NCBI GenBank assembly: GCA_043826455.1
Contig: JBDRQD010000066.1
Span: forward strand, 1-64,000
Source: Candidatus Bathyarchaeota archaeon
GTDB taxonomy: Archaea; Thermoproteota; Bathyarchaeia; TCS64
Length of the DNA: 64,000 bases
Reading direction: 5' to 3'
Shown: positions 37,795 through 47,499 of the stretch, piece by piece
Layout of the letters: every line of letters starts with the position of its first letter
How positions within the stretch are numbered: the first letter of the stretch is position 1
Position numbers and translations under genes: made by a program
Notes under the pieces: generated by a model
Told to the model about the DNA's origin: nothing
Databases searched by the model: none
What the model saw: the letters and a program-made list of their open reading frames with translations, nothing else

Positions 37795-38049
37795 CTAGTT
37801 TCTCTGTTTTTTTAGTAGACTGGCGATAACTACGAGCCAGTAGCTGTAGTTGGGGAGGGTGAGGAGGATACTGAGCCAGTACCCCATCTGGGCGTAGAAG
37901 ATGAGGGCGAAGGTGATGCCTGTGGCTAGGAGAAGGCTGCCGGTGAGGTCGTAGCCTTGGAGGACCTGGCGGTCACGGTAGGCGGTTCGGATCATTAGGA
38001 AACCGCTTATGAAGAGGAAGAGGTTACCGATGTCCAGGGTAGTAGGCAT
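37795..38049 (-). CDS. Small membrane protein, about 3 TM
   Basis: Three hydrophobic segments in 84 aa. Confidence 0.65.
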   Translation of the reverse strand: MPTTLDIGNLFLFISGFLMIRTAYRDRQVLQGYDLTGSLLLATGITFALIFYAQMGYWLSILLTLPNYSYWLVVIASLLKKQRN

Positions 38050-38072
38050 GGGGTACTTGTGGAGGCCTCTGT

Positions 38073-38537
38073 TTATGAATGTGAGCCCGGCCTCAGGACA
38101 TGGAAGCTGACTCTACGGCTGTCCACCGCCTCCTTTATTCGCCTCTGGACGTGGCTGAGGCCTGCCCTGCCTGTCTTCACGTCTATCAACAGTATCTCTA
38201 TGGGTTTCTCGTCTCCCTGGTCGCATGTCATGTCCTTGAAGACCACGTAGTCGATGGGGTTGCCCAGGAACCTGGCGTCGGCGGGGTTGCACAGGTCTGT
38301 GAACTCGGGGAGGAGGGGGGCGAGCTGCTCGCTGATGAGGCCCTTAACGGTGGCTCTCTGTCTGCTCAGGGCATCCTCTGTCGCTTTTTTTAATGCCTCA
38401 GCTAGTGTGGTGGCTTTCCAGTTTTCCAGCTTGGCTTCGTAGCGTGCCTGCATGTTACGCTCGATGAAACTGGAGAGGAGGATGGCCGCGATGATGGCGC
38501 CGATCACTATGCCTATGAGGAGGGTTACCTGGTCCAT
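38073..38537 (-). CDS. Membrane-anchored Holliday-junction-resolvase-like endonuclease
   Basis: N-terminal TM; EQLAP, RFLGNPIDYVVF, IDVKTG, Q..IK (PD-D/ExK). Confidence 0.88.
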   Translation of the reverse strand: MDQVTLLIGIVIGAIIAAILLSSFIERNMQARYEAKLENWKATTLAEALKKATEDALSRQRATVKGLISEQLAPLLPEFTDLCNPADARFLGNPIDYVVFKDMTCDQGDEKPIEILLIDVKTGRAGLSHVQRRIKEAVDSRRVSFHVLRPGSHS

Positions 38538-38613
38538 GTGTTGGTCAATATTTTCTGAACATGTAATGGTATGGGTGGTAACATTGATTACCCGGGGTTC
38601 CGCAGGGACAACC

Positions 38614-38883
38614 ATGATGGCTGATAGGGCGACGTTGTCCAGGGTCGCGCTGGGTGTTTTGTTGATGGCGGCTTTGACCTACGGGTGGACGACGAGCTAC
38701 CCTGACAACGTGAACGTTTCCTACGGGTTGCCGTTGAGGTGGGGGACTCACCAGCTGATTACAATCGCCGGGCCGGTGGACGTGTGGAGGGTGGATGTCA
38801 CTGCGTTGTTCATCGACCTCGTGGTGTGGGGGGCTCTAATGATAGTAATCCCTATTTTCATGGAGAGACGCAAAGCTGCATAG
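38614..38883 (+). CDS. Small membrane protein
   Basis: Two hydrophobic segments, YGLP...LFIDLVVW. Confidence 0.65.
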   Translation: MMADRATLSRVALGVLLMAALTYGWTTSYPDNVNVSYGLPLRWGTHQLITIAGPVDVWRVDVTALFIDLVVWGALMIVIPIFMERRKAA

Positions 38884-38908
38884 CGTTTATCACACTAGGT
38901 TGTATACG

Positions 38909-39013
38909 CTACTTCTTCTGGAAGAACTTGTCGAGACGCTTTCTCTGCTCCTCGTATGCTAGCGACGGAAACAGCCGGTACAGCAACTGCTTATAGACTT
39001 CTTTAATGTTCAA
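38909..39013 (-). CDS. Candidate 34-aa small protein (not in ORF track)
   Basis: MNIKEVYKQLLYRLFPSLAYEEQRKRLDKFFQKK; TTG start with TTATAT about 28 nt upstream. Confidence 0.5.
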   Translation of the reverse strand: MNIKEVYKQLLYRLFPSLAYEEQRKRLDKFFQKK

Positions 39014-39110
39014 ATATAATTTAATAACCGGAACCGGCGGATATAATACTTTACCTCAACCACCGTTTCGATGACTTTATTTTGTCAACGGCTCACCCTT
39101 CCCTTAACAG

Positions 39111-40838
39111 GTGAACAAAGTGAACGCTTCCAAGGCCCTGCTGGAGATGCTGAAAGGATACCAGGTTGAGTATGTGTTCGGGCTACCCGGTGAGACCACC
39201 CTGCCATGGTACAAGGAGTGGCTCGACTACCCCGAGATCAGGCACGTCATGGCACGGGACGAGCGCTCAGCGGCCTTCATGGCCGACGGCTACGCCAGGT
39301 TCAGCGGCAAGCCCGGCGTGTGCGAGGCCCCCAGTGTTGGTGCCACCCACGTGCTGCCGGGGGTGGCCGAGGCCTACAAGAGCAGCCTACCCATGATCAT
39401 GTTCACCAGCGACATCCCCCTTCACCTGGAGAAGCGCAGCATGCTCACGGGCCTGGACCAGACCAGCATGTTCACCGGCATCACAAAGGAGACCTTCACC
39501 GTCACAGACCCGTCGTCAATCCCCGATGTGGTGCGCCGCGCCTTCCGCGTGGCCACCACAGGCAGACCCGGCCCCGTCCACATCCGCCTCCCCAGCGACG
39601 TACTCGCAGCCGACGCCGAGTACCCCAGGATGCACGTACAGCCTGACTTCGCCGTCTACCCCGGTCACCGGCCCGTAGCCCAGACCGACAAGATCATCGA
39701 GGCGTTGAAGCTCCTGGGCTCTACGGAGCGCCCCGTCATCGTCTGCGGTCAGGGCGTCCTATATAGTCAGGCCTGGGACGAGGTTATACAGCTAGCTGAG
39801 CTGTTCGCCGCCCCCGTGGGCACCACCATCAACGGCAAGGGCAGCATGCCCGAGAGACACCTCCTCAGCATAGGTGTCATCGGGGCGCGGGGTGGAACCA
39901 GCCACAGCAACAAGGTGCTCAGTGAGGCCGACCTAGTGTTCTTCGTGGGCAGCAGCACCGACAGCGCAGGCACCGACAAGTGGACCGTGCCCCCGGAGGA
40001 TGGCGACGCCAAGTTCATCCACCTCAACATAGGCGAGCAGGAGGCCGCCAACAACTACCGCTCCGACGTAATCCTCATCGGCGACGCCAAGGCCACACTG
40101 GGCTGGATGCTGGAGCTGGCGGACACCGAGCCTAGAGACCTCAGCAAGCTTCCCCGGATCAGGGCCATCCAGGACGAGAAGAAACGGCACGCCGAGTACG
40201 TGGCCGACCTCATGAAGTCCAATGAGACCCCCGTCCACCCCCTCAGGTTCATCAAGGAACTGGACAAGGCCCTGCCCAGGGACAGGTGCCTGGTAATGGA
40301 CGTGGGCACGGCCGCCATCTACACATCTACCTACTACAAGGTGCCCGAGGCCGGCCGCACCATGGCCTACAACTTCGCCATGGGCAGCCTCGGCTACGCC
40401 ATACCCGCCAGCATCGGCGCAGCCCACGCCCGGCCTGACAGCTGCGTAGCCACCCTCGTGGGTGACGGCAGCTTCGGCCTGGCCGCAGCCGAGCTGGAGA
40501 CCATGGCCCGCACAGGCCACAACAACAACATTATCCTCATCGACAACCGCAGCTACGGCTGGATAAGGGCCGAGTGGCTTCTCAACTACGGGCCAAGGTA
40601 CGTGGACTTCGCCACTAACTTCCGGGAAGTGGACTACCTTAAGATCGCGGAAGGCTTCGGCCTCAAAGCCACAAGAGTGGAGAAGCCCCAAGAGCTGGGT
40701 CCAGTCCTCAAAGAATGTTTCAGCGACCCCGAGCCCACCTTCATCGACCTCGTCATGCGGCCCGAGGACCAGCTGGTCCCTCCCGTCCCCGACTGGATCA
40801 GGCGAGCCCAGGAGAAGGGCCTCCGCCATATAGAGTAG
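39111..40838 (+). CDS. TPP-dependent enzyme, acetolactate synthase large subunit family
   Basis: VFGLPG, RDERSAAFMADGYAR, GRPGPV, GDGSF...N. Confidence 0.92.
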   Translation: MNKVNASKALLEMLKGYQVEYVFGLPGETTLPWYKEWLDYPEIRHVMARDERSAAFMADGYARFSGKPGVCEAPSVGATHVLPGVAEAYKSSLPMIMFTSDIPLHLEKRSMLTGLDQTSMFTGITKETFTVTDPSSIPDVVRRAFRVATTGRPGPVHIRLPSDVLAADAEYPRMHVQPDFAVYPGHRPVAQTDKIIEALKLLGSTERPVIVCGQGVLYSQAWDEVIQLAELFAAPVGTTINGKGSMPERHLLSIGVIGARGGTSHSNKVLSEADLVFFVGSSTDSAGTDKWTVPPEDGDAKFIHLNIGEQEAANNYRSDVILIGDAKATLGWMLELADTEPRDLSKLPRIRAIQDEKKRHAEYVADLMKSNETPVHPLRFIKELDKALPRDRCLVMDVGTAAIYTSTYYKVPEAGRTMAYNFAMGSLGYAIPASIGAAHARPDSCVATLVGDGSFGLAAAELETMARTGHNNNIILIDNRSYGWIRAEWLLNYGPRYVDFATNFREVDYLKIAEGFGLKATRVEKPQELGPVLKECFSDPEPTFIDLVMRPEDQLVPPVPDWIRRAQEKGLRHIE

Positions 40839-40847
40839 CTGAAACCC

Positions 40848-41318
40848 ATGAAGCACCCAGTCACCCCAGCGACTCAGCTCCTCGACGAGAGGGGCGCCGA
40901 GTACACCAAGCACCAGTACGACTACAGGAAGAAGGGCGCCACAGTCGCCGCACAGCTCATGGGGGTGGACCCCCACGCCGTCATCAAGACCCTGGTGATG
41001 ATGGACGACCAGGGCAACCCCATGATAGTGCTCATGCACGCCGAGATGGAGGTGAGTCTCAAGGAGCTGGCCCGCCAGACGGGAGCCAAGAACGTGTCCA
41101 CCGCCCCCGTCAAGGACGCCCAGCGCCTCACCGGCTACAGCGTCGGAGGCATAAGCCCCTTCGCCACCAGGCGGGTCATACCCGTCTACGCCCAGAGGAC
41201 CATCCTGGAGCTACCCTACCTGTACATCAATGGAGGCCGCAGGGGCTTCATCCTGGGGATGACGCCCGACACGCTGATCGTGGTTCTCAACGCCACGCCT
41301 GTAGACGTGGCCCGATGA
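40848..41318 (+). CDS. ybaK: YbaK/EbsC aminoacyl-tRNA deacylase
   Basis: IKTLV, TGYSVGGISPF, INGGRRG. Confidence 0.92.
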   Translation: MKHPVTPATQLLDERGAEYTKHQYDYRKKGATVAAQLMGVDPHAVIKTLVMMDDQGNPMIVLMHAEMEVSLKELARQTGAKNVSTAPVKDAQRLTGYSVGGISPFATRRVIPVYAQRTILELPYLYINGGRRGFILGMTPDTLIVVLNATPVDVAR

Positions 41319-41377
41319 GTGAAAAAGGCTCTAAATTCCGGTGTGGGCCCATGAAGGGCCAATAAAACTGGGGCCTG

Positions 41378-41665
41378 CTACGATGTACTCGGCTCTATCT
41401 CTATGAGGCCGCTGACCACGCTGTAGTACTCAAGGACGTTCTCGCCCTTAGCCGTGATCTCGTACCGCTTCTTGGCGCGCTTGCTGCTTCGTCCAACGAG
41501 CTCCTCCTCGATGAGGCCCTGTGATACCAGGCTGTCCAGTATCTCCTTCAGGCTCTTCCAGGAGAGGTTGGCGCTGTACATTATGCGCGTCGGCTTGCGT
41601 TCGCCCTGCTTGATCTGGCTCAGGACCTCCACGGATAGCTGGAACTTGGATCTTCTGGCGCTCAA
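41378..41665 (-). CDS. Winged-helix (HTH_45-like) regulator
   Basis: RRSK...PTRIMYSANLSW...YEITAKG. Confidence 0.88.
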   Translation of the reverse strand: MSARRSKFQLSVEVLSQIKQGERKPTRIMYSANLSWKSLKEILDSLVSQGLIEEELVGRSSKRAKKRYEITAKGENVLEYYSVVSGLIEIEPSTS

Positions 41666-41818
41666 GGTTGAGGTACCATTCTCAATAGTATATTAATGGA
41701 TTATCCAACTTAGATAGAGAGGCTTAAACAGCATCAATGTACCAGTTCTTACTCACATAGCAATGATCAAAAAGCAGGGTATAGAACACTAATCGCATAT
41801 TTCCATAGATGCGTGGCC

Positions 41819-43744
41819 CTAGACGGCTGTCCTGGTGGCGGCACCATGGTGGGTGAGCCTCGGCCTCACGTTGATTATTAGAACCCTGTCGGGGCCCAGG
41901 TTGCTCTTATCGGCCCGTATTATGGCCTCGCCTGTGTTCAGCAGGTGGGGCGGAGTCGGGGTGCCCTCCACCACCTGCCTTAGCAGGTTGCTGCTCACCA
42001 CGTCCGACTTGTGGAAAATCTTTATGTCGCTGCCCTTGATGACCTTGGGGTCCACGTCCTCCGGGAAGTGGGTGTCCAGCATCAGCCAGGTCCCGGCGTG
42101 CCTCTTCTTCCTTATCAGGTAGTTAATGTAGTCGGTGAAGTCCTTGCTCAGCCCCTTCCTCAGATAATCGTGGGCCTCGTTGATGACGAACACGAACTGC
42201 TCCCGCTCGGTGCGCTCGTTGTTGATGAGGGCGCTTATCACCAGCATCATGACGCTGAAGATGTCGTCCGGCTCCATCATTATCTTCCGCAGGTCGAAGA
42301 CGTTGACGCCCCCCAGGATGAGGTCCCCGATGAAGTCGCCCCCCTCCAGGTAGTCCTCCAGGGTCTCCAGCCTCATCATGGCGAACCCCTTCTGGTTGGG
42401 GTTCAGGTCGCTGGCCTCCACCTCCCGGCGGATGGTCCCGAGACCGAAGCCCTCCTCGTACTGGGTCTTCTTGATTATCTGGAAGACCTTCTTCACGTAC
42501 ATGCTGCCGCTCTTCTTCCCCAGGCTCAGCACATGAGGCCAGTCCTCCGCCGTAAGCCTGTTGGGCTTGATGCCTATGGGGTACACCTTTGTCCCGTACT
42601 CTTCCTCGAACTTCTCGCGCTCGTTCAGGTACACGTAGGGGTCCACGAATATTCTGAAGCTACGCTCGGTGATGACTCGCCTGGGATTGACGCCGTACTG
42701 CTCCCTGAGGGCCTCCACCTCGGCGGCGTTGGTGTTCTCCTCCACGATGCTCCAGAACTCGCTGCGCATGTCCTCCCGGGGCTTGTGGAACACGATGAGG
42801 GTCGCGGGCTTCCTCACCTGGCTGATGCCCGGCACTGTCTTGGATAGCAGCATCTCGCTCACCACCCCGATGGTGTAGCCCTTGCCGCTGCCCTGCTTGC
42901 CACAAACAAACACAATGTGGGGCTCGTTGAGGTCCACCGCGACCAGCTTTTCACCTGCACGCCCCACTATCCCCCACTGGCGGGGGACCCTCTCAGTCCC
43001 CAAGTATACGTCAGGCGTCACCTCGCTCTCCGCGAGGGGCGGCTCCACAGCCGGCTCTGCCTCCACAACTGCAGGGGCTAGGGGCTCATGGGTGGGCTCA
43101 GGGGCGGAGGGCAGCTCTGGCGGCTGCTCCAGGGCGGGTTCATGGATGACTGGCGGCTCCGACTGCTCGTCCTCCTCCTCGTCTGATGGTTCCTCAAGCT
43201 CCTCTTCCTCAGGTTCATGGGCTTTCTGCTCGGTTTCCACGTTCGCTCTCCGGCTCATCCATCCCATGAGGGTTATCCTCAACAGGTAGACGATGATGGC
43301 CAGTGGGTACGAGACGAGACCCACGTTGGACACCGTACTCGGGCTTAGGAGCCCGAGAAAAGGGTTCACATGGTAGGGGTAGAGGAGGCTGAGGTCACTG
43401 TACATGAAGGCGTCTATAGCCACATGCATCCACACCCCCAGGACCGCTGAGACCACGAAAACCCTGATGTCCATGGTCTGGCCCAACCTCAACCTCACCA
43501 TGTAGGGCTCCGTGTGCCGTCTCAGGAGGTGCATCCCCAGGGCGACAGCGAGGGCGATGAGGGTGCCCAGAGTGAGGCTGTGATACTGGCCGTGGAGGGG
43601 CTGGGGGAGGTTGAGGAGGATGATTATAAGGGGCTCCAGGTCCAGCACCGCGGTGGCCACCAGCAGGGTGGGCACGTCTAGCAGCGGGTACGCTATTAGG
43701 GCTACCAGGAGTGCGGGCCCCAGGTGGAGGGGTGTGAAAGGCAT
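41819..43744 (-). CDS. Fusion of membrane metal-dependent hydrolase-like domain and HerA/DUF87-like P-loop ATPase
   Basis: N-term PFTPLH, DLEP, HGQYHS, HVAID; Pro/Glu linker; Walker A GKQGSGKG, Walker B FVINEAH. Confidence 0.82.
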   Translation of the reverse strand: MPFTPLHLGPALLVALIAYPLLDVPTLLVATAVLDLEPLIIILLNLPQPLHGQYHSLTLGTLIALAVALGMHLLRRHTEPYMVRLRLGQTMDIRVFVVSAVLGVWMHVAIDAFMYSDLSLLYPYHVNPFLGLLSPSTVSNVGLVSYPLAIIVYLLRITLMGWMSRRANVETEQKAHEPEEEELEEPSDEEEDEQSEPPVIHEPALEQPPELPSAPEPTHEPLAPAVVEAEPAVEPPLAESEVTPDVYLGTERVPRQWGIVGRAGEKLVAVDLNEPHIVFVCGKQGSGKGYTIGVVSEMLLSKTVPGISQVRKPATLIVFHKPREDMRSEFWSIVEENTNAAEVEALREQYGVNPRRVITERSFRIFVDPYVYLNEREKFEEEYGTKVYPIGIKPNRLTAEDWPHVLSLGKKSGSMYVKKVFQIIKKTQYEEGFGLGTIRREVEASDLNPNQKGFAMMRLETLEDYLEGGDFIGDLILGGVNVFDLRKIMMEPDDIFSVMMLVISALINNERTEREQFVFVINEAHDYLRKGLSKDFTDYINYLIRKKRHAGTWLMLDTHFPEDVDPKVIKGSDIKIFHKSDVVSSNLLRQVVEGTPTPPHLLNTGEAIIRADKSNLGPDRVLIINVRPRLTHHGAATRTAV

Positions 43745-43816
43745 CTAACGCACTGTAGGGGCGCTGCGAATATAAAATAATGGAATGCTCTCAAGTGTTG
43801 AGAGCAAGCGGCTGAG

Positions 43817-45214
43817 CTACTTGCCGTTGATGTACTCGTGGATGCTGGCCGCAGCCGTCTTCCCTGCACCCATGGCGCTGATGACAGTCGCGGCGCCCGT
43901 CGCCACGTCTCCCCCGGCGTACACGCCCTCCAGCTTGGTGGCAGCCGTGGCCTCATCGGTGATAATGGTGCCGTGCCTGGTCACCTCCAGGCCCTCCGTG
44001 GTCTGCTGTATTATGGGGTTGGGGCTCTGACCGATGGCCACGACAACCGTGTCCACGGGAAGCTTCCACTCGCTGCCCGGGACTGCCTGGGGCCTCCTTC
44101 GCCCGGAGTCGTCGGGCTCACCCAGCTCCATGCGGACAAGCTCCACCGCCTTAACGTTTCCTTTGCCGTCCCCGATGAACCGGGTAGGGTTGTTCAGCAG
44201 AGTGAATATGACTCCCTCCTCCTCGGCGTTCTCCACCTCCTCGTGGCGGGCCGGCAGCTCGCTCATGCCGCGCCGGTAGATGATGTACACCTTCTCGGCG
44301 CCCAGCCTCAGGGAGCACCTGGCCGAGTCCATTGCCACGTTGCCGCCGCCTATGACGGCCACATTCTTGCCTATGTTGAGGGGTGTGTCGTACTCGGGGA
44401 ACCTGTAGGCCTTCATGAGGTTTGTCCTTATGAGGAACTCGTTGGCGCTGTATATGCCGCTCAGGTTCTCCCCTGGCAGCCGGAGGAAGTTGGGCAGCCC
44501 TGCCCCGCTGCCGATGAAGATGGCCTTGAAGCCTTCGTCGAAGAGCTCCTGGACCGTGTAGAGCTTCCCCACCATGCTGTCCAGGTGGATGTCCACGCCC
44601 AGCTTCTCGATGTACTGGACCTCGGCCTGCACTATGGCCTTGGGGAGCCTGAACTCAGGGATACCGTACATGAGGACGCCCCCTGCCACATGAAGGGCCT
44701 CGAAGACCTCAACGTGGTGGCCCTTCTTCCTGAGCTCGGCGGCCACCGTGAGGCCGGCGGGGCCCGCGCCCACCACGGCCACCTTGTGCCCGGTGTCCGG
44801 GGATATCTCGGGGATGTCCACGCCGTGGTCCCTCTCGTAGTCAGCCACGAACCTCTCCAGGCGTCCTATTGATATGGGGTCGCCTCTGATGCCCAGGATG
44901 CAGAACTTTTGGCACTGGTTCTCCTGGGGGCAGACTCGGCCGCAGATGGCCGGCAAAGCGTTGGTCTCCTTGACCTTCCAGGCGGCCTCCACGTACTTGC
45001 CCTCCTTGATGAGCTTGATGAAGGCGGGGATGTCGATGCCCACGGGGCAGCCCTTAACGCACTGAGGGTTCTTGCACTGGAGGCACCTCTCGGCCTCCGC
45101 GGCAGCCATCTCGCTGTCGTAGCCCTTGGCCACCTCGAAGAAGTTGTGTATACGCTCCTCAGGAGTCTGCTTGGGCATATCCACCACGGGCTTCTTGAAG
45201 GCGTCGGCCGCCAA
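43817..45214 (-). CDS. nfnB: NfnB/SudA (GltD-like) large subunit
   Basis: RCLQC..CP, CGRVCPQE.QC, GAGPAG, GGGNVAMD. Confidence 0.93.
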   Translation of the reverse strand: MAADAFKKPVVDMPKQTPEERIHNFFEVAKGYDSEMAAAEAERCLQCKNPQCVKGCPVGIDIPAFIKLIKEGKYVEAAWKVKETNALPAICGRVCPQENQCQKFCILGIRGDPISIGRLERFVADYERDHGVDIPEISPDTGHKVAVVGAGPAGLTVAAELRKKGHHVEVFEALHVAGGVLMYGIPEFRLPKAIVQAEVQYIEKLGVDIHLDSMVGKLYTVQELFDEGFKAIFIGSGAGLPNFLRLPGENLSGIYSANEFLIRTNLMKAYRFPEYDTPLNIGKNVAVIGGGNVAMDSARCSLRLGAEKVYIIYRRGMSELPARHEEVENAEEEGVIFTLLNNPTRFIGDGKGNVKAVELVRMELGEPDDSGRRRPQAVPGSEWKLPVDTVVVAIGQSPNPIIQQTTEGLEVTRHGTIITDEATAATKLEGVYAGGDVATGAATVISAMGAGKTAAASIHEYINGK

Positions 45215-46033
45215 CTAGGCCACCTCCCTCCCGTGGACCACCATGGCTATCTTCTCCTGGGGGTTATAGACCCGCATCCTCATGATGAGCTCCTCGAAGT
45301 CCACCTGGTGGCCGTCGAACTCGGGGCCGTCCACACAGCTGAACCTAGTGTCGCCGCCCACGGTCACCCTGCAGGCGCCGCACATGCCCATGCCGTCCAC
45401 CATGACGGGGAACAGGTTCACTCTTGTGGGTATCCCGTAGGGCCTGGTCTTATCGGACAGGTTCATCTGGAGGCTGGTGGGCCCCATGGCGAAGACCTGG
45501 TCGAAGCCCTGCTCCAAGAGCTCGTCCACCACGTCCATACCCTTGAGGCCGTAGCTGCCGTTGTCGGTGCAGACATAGGCATCGTCAGCCACCTTCTTCA
45601 ACTCCTTCTCAAGGAGCACGTGGTCCTTGTTCCTGTAACCGAAGACCGCAACTATCTCGTTCCCAGCCTCCTTGAGGGCCCGCATCATGTAGAGCAGGGC
45701 CCCCACGAAGACGCCGCCCCCCACGCACAGGACCCTGCCATACTTCTTGATCTCCGTGGCGTTGCCCAAGGGCCCCGCGAAGTTCAAAATGTGCTCACCC
45801 TCTTCCAGGCTTCCCAGCATGGTGGACGACTTGCCCACCTCGGCGAAGTAGATGGTCACTGTACCCGCTCGGGGGTCTGTGTCTGCTATGGTCATGGGTA
45901 TCCGCTCCCCGGCCTCGCTGGCCCTGACTATGACGAACTGTCCGGGCTTGGCCTTATGGGCCACGGCGGGGGCGTGGACCTGGAACATCTTGACGTTGGG
46001 AGTGAGCTCCTCCTTCTTCACTATCCTGTACAT
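45215..46033 (-). CDS. nfnA: NfnA/SudB small subunit
   Basis: PGQF, GERIPMT, MVDGMGMCGACR, CVDGPEF. Confidence 0.93.
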   Translation of the reverse strand: MYRIVKKEELTPNVKMFQVHAPAVAHKAKPGQFVIVRASEAGERIPMTIADTDPRAGTVTIYFAEVGKSSTMLGSLEEGEHILNFAGPLGNATEIKKYGRVLCVGGGVFVGALLYMMRALKEAGNEIVAVFGYRNKDHVLLEKELKKVADDAYVCTDNGSYGLKGMDVVDELLEQGFDQVFAMGPTSLQMNLSDKTRPYGIPTRVNLFPVMVDGMGMCGACRVTVGGDTRFSCVDGPEFDGHQVDFEELIMRMRVYNPQEKIAMVVHGREVA

Positions 46034-46185
46034 GAGTCCACCACAGTGAAACGAATCTCATTAAGGAAGCCTTTGTGCTTAATAAAATTGAGGTTTTGAG
46101 GAGGCTCTGGACAGGCAACCCTGGGAGCCGGCCTGGTTCCGAATGCCGAGAGTTTACAAAAAGGGTGCGAGGTTTTAGCGTGGGG

Positions 46186-46650
46186 CTAGGTCCACAGGCC
46201 CGGCACGTCGCCCCATATGGCTTCCCACCAGTCACCCTCGGTGACGGCCTCGCCGCGGACCAGAATCTCCAGCAGCGTCTTCAGCAGTTTGTGGTGGCGC
46301 CTCTCGTCTACCAGTATGGCCTTGAGGAGGAGCTCCACCTTCTCGTTCTCCACGGCTGGAAGCTTCTTCTCCAGCTCCTTTATGACAGCGGCCTCCATGC
46401 TTATGTGCTTCTCAATGGTCTCCTTCTGGAGGTCCAGCTGCTCCTCGTTGAGGGGGGCCGAGGTGCGGGTGAGGAGTGCCACCGCGGACCGGTACATCTC
46501 GGCGTGCTTGGAGCTATCCAAGCTTATGCCCCGAAGGGCCGTGGACACGGCCTCGTTCTCTATCTTCTCCAGGGCGCCTGAGACGCTGCGAACGATCCTG
46601 TTCTCCAGTTTAATCTGGCTCTCAAGAAACTTGATCATGTCCTCTGACAT
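46186..46650 (-). CDS. Ferritin-like / rubrerythrin-like diiron protein
   Basis: DSSKH and DERRHH four-helix motifs; ATG at 46650. Confidence 0.82.
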   Translation of the reverse strand: MSEDMIKFLESQIKLENRIVRSVSGALEKIENEAVSTALRGISLDSSKHAEMYRSAVALLTRTSAPLNEEQLDLQKETIEKHISMEAAVIKELEKKLPAVENEKVELLLKAILVDERRHHKLLKTLLEILVRGEAVTEGDWWEAIWGDVPGLWT

Positions 46651-46696
46651 AAATAACACCTTGAAAGAATGTGGGGAACGACTCATTATAAAGCTT

Positions 46697-47434
46697 CTAA
46701 CGCTTCTTACCCACCGCGGCGACGTAGACGGCGAACTGGTCCACGCCGTCCAAGCCCAGGGCCTGGTTGAGGGCGTCGTCGTCGAAGGCCGCGATGGCGC
46801 AGACCCCGGAGCCCAGAGCCTCCGCAGAGAGGTACAGGTTCTGGCACACGTGGCCTGCGTCCAGGTGCATGTACCTGTAACCCCGTTCACCGTACCTCCA
46901 CATCATCCTGTAGGCGACGGCGGCCCAGATGAAGGTCGCTGCACTGCTCATGACGAACCTCTGGTTGAGGCACGCTCTGGTGACCCGTTCGGCCACTTCC
47001 AGCCCAAGGTCCACCTCCTGGAGCTTGTGGCCGATGGCCAAGAACCTGTAGAGGCCAGGTCTCAACCCCTTCACCCTGTTCACTAGCACGTAGGTCTCGA
47101 AGCAGTGGCGGGCCCCGGCGCTGGGGACGGTCCTCAGGGTAGCGGATCCGGGTAACACCTGTCTCACGCCCTGGGTACACCAGAGGAGGTGGCTGAGCTC
47201 TTCAAGGCTCAGAGGCTCTTCTCTGTACTCCCTGACGCTTACCCTGTTCTTGATTGCCTCCCTGATGCCCAGAGGCTCGGTTATGGGTGTCTCGGGTTCA
47301 GGTAGATCGTGGACGGCTTTACCTTTCTGGGCTAGCAGCTCCAGAGGTGGCTGCGGTAGCCCCCTGTTCTGGTCAGATGTCTCAAGGTGCTTGTACTTGG
47401 TCTTCTCCATGAACTCTTTACCGGCTCCCTTCAT
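46697..47434 (-). CDS. SagB/ThcOx-family nitroreductase-like FMN protein
   Basis: RVSVR, RTVPSAGA, YGERGYRY..LDAGH..QN. Confidence 0.9.
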   Translation of the reverse strand: MKGAGKEFMEKTKYKHLETSDQNRGLPQPPLELLAQKGKAVHDLPEPETPITEPLGIREAIKNRVSVREYREEPLSLEELSHLLWCTQGVRQVLPGSATLRTVPSAGARHCFETYVLVNRVKGLRPGLYRFLAIGHKLQEVDLGLEVAERVTRACLNQRFVMSSAATFIWAAVAYRMMWRYGERGYRYMHLDAGHVCQNLYLSAEALGSGVCAIAAFDDDALNQALGLDGVDQFAVYVAAVGKKR

Positions 47435-47499
47435 GAAACCTGCCTCTCTGAACAAGAATAGGAGCGAACCTGCTCTATATAAACGTCCGCTGACGCACA

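Noticed and set aside
43817..45214. Glutamate synthase small subunit
   Set aside because: Paired with an NfnA/SudB gene and no large subunit, so Nfn fits better
46697..47434. RiPP cluster around the SagB-like gene
   Set aside because: No YcaO, precursor peptide or exporter nearby; stand-alone homologs are common in anaerobes
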